From the NCBI GenBank assembly GCA_017654855.1, contig CM030339.1, positions 1-64,000 on the forward strand: a DNA stretch of 64,000 bases. Reading direction: 5' to 3'. The notes under the pieces are model-generated. The model saw only the letters and a program-made list of their open reading frames with translations. It ran no database searches and was not told the DNA's origin. A program made the position numbers and the translations under genes. The stretch comes from Podospora anserina (lineage: Eukaryota). Shown piece after piece: positions 35,080 to 64,000 of the stretch (its first letter is position 1; the number at the start of each line of letters is the position of its first letter).

Positions 35080-37285
35080 AAAAATAAGTATAAGTGTACT
35101 TAGCAAACCGTGAAAGGCTATATGAAAATGATTAATTTTTTAATATGAAAATGATAAAAAAAAAAAAAAATAAACGCTAATAGGTCAACTCTCAAAGGTA
35201 TTGCATTTATTTAAAACTAAATAGAAAAATCAAAAAATTTTTTTTATTTAATCCTAAGAGCATTCGCTATTAGAATATGGGAGAAGCGGAATAAGGCTTT
35301 TTTAAGCTAAAACTTTAAAGCCCATTAGGAAATTTAAGGATTATTATTAGTTAAGAAATTGGTTAGATGTGTAGAGTTATACGTTTCATTTCATTTCATT
35401 ACTAACTCTTCATTCCCCTGTGCTATTTTTTTATCCCCTTATTTTTTGCCCTATAGCTCAACGGTAGTACCTCAAAGAGGCGCAAGGTCATGCGGCTTAT
35501 CTACGCTAAGTTTAACCAACCCTTTTAAAATTTGTTGGAAGTAAACTAGTCATGTATGCCGAATATAGAATATGTTTTCTAGAAGAGGAAAGCCACATAG
35601 AAAATTCTCAAATAAACCTCGGGGAGTAAAAGTAATTGATGATAAAAGAGGGTGATCCCGTAAAAAACGGTAAACAACTAAAAAGCATTATAAAATTTTT
35701 AGGTCTAGAGCTAGAAATAATAAAAACCTGAGTTGAATGAAAACTAAGATAGAGAACCCGTAAGGAAGCCTCATTAGAATAGGGCGATCCTCATTCACTG
35801 CTAGTATTTCTACAAATAGAGGTGGGATAAAATAAGACGAAAAGCAGGTATACTAACACTATATGATGAATTAAAGAAAAATTATAAATATGATGTTAAA
35901 CAGAAGTAAGTCATGTTTTGGTGGTAATAAACAAGCCCAATATATAAAAATATAGAAAAAGAGTTTGTAAGCATTACGATCAAAGAGTAACTTTATGCAA
36001 AAAATAAGTTTACAATCGCAATATTTTGTTAACCCTAGTATAGCAAAAGCTATTAATTTTTAAAAAGTCCCACACATGATGTAAATGTGTCATATGTTAA
36101 TGCATGGGGTTTTAATTATTAATTATTACAAGAAAGTAAGATAAGAACTCCAGAAATATTAAGCGAATTTTCTAGTGCGGAAGTCGAGGTAAAATATAGG
36201 TTATATAAAGGCTAGTGATGCACAGGAAGTAAAGATGAAAATACTTAAGAATGAAATGACTACACAGGAAGCCCGTGCAAGACTTAGGACTATTTTTGGA
36301 CCATGAACATAAAATTTATTTTTTGTAAATAAGTAATAATTATTTATTTTTGTATAAGTTATATTATAACTAGTTTTTAGTCAAAATAGGTGCAAGCTCG
36401 CTAATTTATTTTATATCGATAAATTAAAGGTTTTTTGTCATGTACTCTAATTTCTATAAAAATAAAACTAAATAAGTAATGGTAATATATATAAAATTCA
36501 TTATTTATTTAATCCTTTTAAAAGGTTTAATAGAAAGTGGAGAAATCATTTTTTTTTTATACGTTTAAAAGAAAAGGGAGAAGCCTTAGTTTTTGTAGCT
36601 AACTAGTTTGATTATTTTATAATAATTAAAGATTTTAAGTTAAAGCCCATCTTATATTTAATTTTTTATATTAATTATATAATAAAAACATTTAATAAAA
36701 TTAATGTTTTATTCTAATTATTAAATTATATAAAAATTTAAATTAAAAAAAAAAAGACTTAATATTTAAAATTATAATCAATAATTATAATTTTAAATAA
36801 TTAAAAATATTGTATGTTTACAAGTCACATAATTAATAGAGTGTATATGGTATATATACTATAAGGGGCATAAGAGGACTCACAAAATATCAAGGTATTT
36901 TTACATATTATTAAATTATTGTGATCTAAAGAACAACAAATGCTAATTAAATATTTAATGAGAAATTAATTTATAATAAAAACAATAGATAGAGTAAACT
37001 ATCTTTAGAAATTCTATTGAATAACTATAGAAAAGTGAGGCAGATTGAGGTGTAGCAGTGTTATGCGTAAATTGAAGAGTAAAAGGATTACCTGTGTCCT
37101 TGCAAAATAAATACAGACATCTCCATCAAACAAGTTAACTGTGTGATTAGTAAGTAAACTGGTAGTAGCTAATTGAAATCTAAAAAATAGAAAACCTAAG
37201 ATAGAAGTGAAGTGTTTACATTATAAAATACATTAACGCTGATCTGTAGGCTAGAGCGGATCGAAATCGGAGAGCCTACCATAAA

Positions 37286-37356
37286 AGATTATGAAGTAAA
37301 TGGTTTACACTTTGATTGCAAATCTTAAGTAATAGGTTCGATTCCTACATAATTTT
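37286..37356 (+). tRNA. trnC: tRNA-Cys(GCA)
   Basis: Acceptor AGATTAT/ATAATTT, anticodon loop TTGCAAA, T-loop GTTCGATTC. Confidence 0.88.
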
Positions 37357-37734
37357 CGTGAAAAATATATTTAATGTCTTGGCTATTACAGTTTAATAAA
37401 ATATTAATTGATGTAGGAAAAATATTTTATTAAGGCGCGAGCTCGAAACAATAATTGTTCGTCTGTGTATAGTGGTTATATATATTTATAGTATATTATA
37501 TTACGACCTTGTGTCGTATTATGGTATGACGCGGTGGCATACGTACGAAGTTATTCGCCATGCTCTCTTTGTGTTATATTATAACTATATTAACTATATT
37601 ACTATAAAAAAATAGCTTATGCAAGAATAACAAAAATAAAGTTTGTCTGAAAATGATGTCGATTGTCTTGTTGTATCTCAAAAAAAATAAAGTAGCATTA
37701 TTAGATGAAGCTAACAATTTAAAAAGACAAACTA

Positions 37735-60720
<22,986 letters not shown>

Positions 60721-60730
<10 letters not shown>

Positions 60731-61747
60731 GTTTAAAAGAGACTATTTTTGCTATTAAGGGTGTCTTAATAAAATGAACTTTAACTAGTAAACGTAAAGC
60801 CCAAGCTCATATTGTAAATACTACCTTAAAAAGTAGTATCTTACATAAATTTAAAGGGGATGGCGCAAGCTCCCCTGGTCAAATTAACAAAGTCATCTAA
60901 TTGATAAATTTCTCTACTTCTGGTCGTCTATTAGCATTAACAAGAGGTCCAAATAATAATCCTAATCTTTCTAATTCTAATAACCCTGAATACGAAGAGA
61001 CTATGGCTGATTCAAATTCTGATCATCCTAATGATGATCAAGCATCATTACAATTATCATAAACAGTACAAGCAGGTCCTGAAGGGGGGGATGACGAGAT
61101 GACTCGTCCTGTTGGGGAAGCTTCTACCGAAAATCTTAATCGCTATTTATCTTCTATACGAGCTGATGAGAGGATCATCAAAATAGGGACAACTTAGAGA
61201 AAGATGATCATAGTTTGATTGGTATGTATTAAGGTCGTAAAAGAGATATCACGGAAGAATTAATAAATAGAAGGGAAGATACATCCAAATGGATAAAAGA
61301 TATACCTGTAGTTCCCAGGACAAGGGCTGAATCTGAATCTACCCATGAACCTATACCATCTAGCAGTAGGAGTGAAGCTATTGGTGAACCTGTACCATCT
61401 GACAGTAAATTTGAGGCGCAAGCTCCTAATTGTGAAGCTGAAGCATCAAATAACAAAAGAAACGTTGGAGATGGAGAATCTGCACAACCAGCTAAAAGGG
61501 TCAAAGAAAGATTCTGACGACGATAATGGGTAAGGGGTCTGGTTCTGGATTTTGGGGGGGTGGTTTTGGTGGAGAGGGTAGTTCAGGTGGTGATGGTGAT
61601 GGTAATGGTAATGGTAATGGAGATCCTAATATATCAAGTGGATCAACAGCAGCTAAATTTATTTCGGAACTAGTTAATAAATGACCCAAACTTTTTATTT
61701 TATTCAATTATATTTTAGAAAATATAGCGGATATTATAAATTTCTAA
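60721..61747 (+). pseudogene. Decayed orphan ORF overlapping the cox1 stop (acidic and Gly-rich, hydrophobic C-terminal tail)
   Basis: Near-continuous frame with a few stops and indels: ...NFSTSGRL...DSDDDNG...GGEGSSGGDGDGNG...LFILFNYILENIADIINF*. Confidence 0.6.
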
Positions 61748-62208
61748 TAGTCTCTTTTATTTATGTTAAACCCTATAAGTTATATTAATAACTGACAGCG
61801 CGGTGCTATATATAGCGCCGCGCCGCCTTCTATTATATTGTATTGTATTGTATTATATTATATAATAAATTTTACAGTGCTATTATACGCCGTACGACGA
61901 AGTCGTACTATTTTATTAACAGAGGTTATATTCTAAGGTTAATGATAATCATAGCTAGCATACTTCATTGTAAAGCACAAGCTCGGTTATTATATTTTAG
62001 TGGCCGATGATAACCATAGTTATGTGCGAGGTAGGGGCACATAGCATAGTATGCTATGTATATAGCATTATGTAGTATAAGCTTGCTTTTATTTATGTCG
62101 CATGATGATCATACAGGCATACAGACATAATTCGTCAGTACGTCATGCAAACATATGTACTGACGAAGTATGTCGAGGAGGAGGTCCTCCTCCTCCTCTA
62201 AATAAAAA

Positions 62209-62279
62209 GGTGTGTTAGTTTAATGGCAAAACATGGCGCTACGGACGTTGTTTTATAAGTTCGAGTCTTATACACATCT
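62209..62279 (+). tRNA. trnR: tRNA-Arg(ACG)
   Basis: Acceptor GGTGTGT/ACACATC, anticodon loop CTACGGA. Confidence 0.88.
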
Positions 62280-62627
62280 GTAATGTCTTATCCTACCATA
62301 TAATATTCTGGATTTTTAAGTTTTAGTTTTAGACGCAGAAATATATTTTAAGGCGCGAGCTCTAAATGTAATAGTAGCCCTCTACTACTTCGAGCTTGCG
62401 CGCCCGGCTCAGTAAAAAAAATTTTTTATGTGCATAAACATGTATGTGGATAAATAAATTTAAATATGTTGCAGTCTGTGCGCGTAACTTTTTAAGTAAT
62501 AAATTCATAACCAGGAGATGCATCATAATGGTGGGTATCATTTAAATGAGCGTGGTAGGGGCTTATTTATTATACCGCACGGTATAAGGTTACTTTAAAT
62601 AATTTACAAACTTTTAATATTTTCGCT

Positions 62628-62866
62628 ATGAATATTACCTTAATACTTTTTTTAATAGGAATTTTAGGATTCGTATTAAATAGAAAAAATATTATATTAA
62701 TGCTTATTTCAATTGAAATAATGCTATTAGCTATAACATTCCTAATATTGGTAAGTTCACTTAATATGGATGATATAATCGGTCAAACTTATGCTATTTA
62801 TATAATAGTTGTTGCAGGTGCAGAATCTGCTATAGGTTTGGGTATTTTAGTTGCTTTCTATAGATT
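62628..62866 (+). CDS. nad4L: NADH dehydrogenase subunit 4L exon 1 (gene continues beyond the window)
   Basis: MNITLILFLIGILGFVLNRKNIILMLISIE...AGAESAIGL...YRL. Confidence 0.95.
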
Positions 62867-64000
62867 AATTAACTCTCCTGATAAAAATCCAAGATCAAAT
62901 TATTCTTATTCACATTTTAATTTATTACCTACAATTTCACGGCGAAGTCGTAATTTAATCCAATCAAGGAATTATTCTAGCCTTTCGCCTAGGACTAGCG
63001 CTGTATGCAGTGTTAGATCAGAGGGTGAAAGGAAAATAGTTTTAAATCCTTCATTTATAAGTGGGTTCTCTGATGCTGAAGGTTCTTTTGTTGTAACTAT
63101 TTTAAATAATCCTAGATATAAAATAGGATGAAATGTACAAGCTAGATTTCAAATAAAGTTACATGAGAAAGATAGAGCTTTATTATTATTAATTCAAAAT
63201 TATTTTTATAATGTTGGATATATATCCACCCTAAAGGGTGGATCTACGGTTGAATTTAGAGTTAGTGATATAACTAGTTTAAATAATATAATTATACCTC
63301 ATTTTGAAAAGTATACATTAATAACTAATAAATATAAAGATTTTATAATATTTAAACAAATTGTATCGTTAATGTCAGAAAACAAACATACTACTTTAGA
63401 AGGGTTAAAAGAAATTTTAGAATATAGAGCATCTCTTAATTGAGGTTTATCTAAAAATTTAAAGGAATCTTTTCCTTCAATAGTACCAGTTAAAAGAGTC
63501 GAAATTGAGGATAATATATTAAGTAATTTACCTTCTAACTGAGTAGCTGGTTTCTCAGCAGGAGAATCCAATTTTTTTATAACTATATCTGGTAATAAAG
63601 TATGATTACGTTTTTCTATAGCTCAAGACTCAAGAGATATATTGTTATTAAAAAGTTTAGTTGAATTTTTTAATTGTGGTTATATAGCTCAATATAAAAA
63701 CCGTAAAGTATGTGAATTTATAGTTACAAAAATTAATGATATAATTATATATATAATTCCTTTTTTTGAAAAATACAAAATTGAAGGTTCTAAATATAAG
63801 GATTATGTTAATTTTAAAGAAGCTGCTATTCTTATTAAGAATAAAGAACATTTAACTGAAAAAGGTTTAAATAAAATAATAGAATTAAAAAATTCTATGA
63901 ATAAAAATGATTAATATTTTCTTGATTAAAAGGAAGTTTTCATCTTGATCACCAAAGGCGAAGTGAACCTTCGTCTAGTCTTATACAAGGCGAAACTCTC
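62867..64000 (+). mobile_element. Group I intron in nad4L (truncated by the window) with in-frame LAGLIDADG ORF to 63914
   Basis: LNPSFISGFSDAEGSF and NWVAGFSAGE. Confidence 0.87.

Noticed and set aside
35581-35600. Calling rnpB from GAGGAAAGCC
   Set aside because: No matching downstream P4 strand was found. It is kept only as part of a speculative finding.
61229-61707. Minus-strand ORFs 61229-61504 and 61501-61707
   Set aside because: They are antisense shadows of the low-complexity plus-strand orphan ORF.

Overview
This is a 64-kb segment of a filamentous-ascomycete mitochondrial genome (genetic code 4, TGA=Trp). It is almost certainly Podospora anserina or a sibling species: it has cox1 group II intron alpha, the I-PanMI-like endonuclease in nad3, GGCGCAAGCTC MUSE repeats and a plasmid RNA-polymerase remnant. 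Gene order on + is tRNAs, rnl (2 group I introns; rps3 in the second), tRNA cluster, nad2, nad3, rns, cox3, nad6, chimeric ORF, atp6, RNA-polymerase remnant (- strand), cob (3 introns), cox1 (15 introns, 2 of them group II), orphan ORF and nad4L (partial). Many genes carry single-base homopolymer frameshifts that look like long-read assembly errors. The most interesting observations are: (1) a mosaic at 21.0-22.4 kb with an inverted tRNA-Lys fragment that encodes the CCA tail, an rns fragment and a nad6-derived chimeric ORF; (2) duplicated internal 3' splice sites that would fuse endonuclease ORFs to upstream exons (atp6, cob, cox1); (3) a fossil rps3-LAGLIDADG fusion; (4) two paralogous rnl introns at different sites; (5) an unresolved 3-nt His micro-exon in cox1. 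Coordinates were read by eye and may be off by a few bases.
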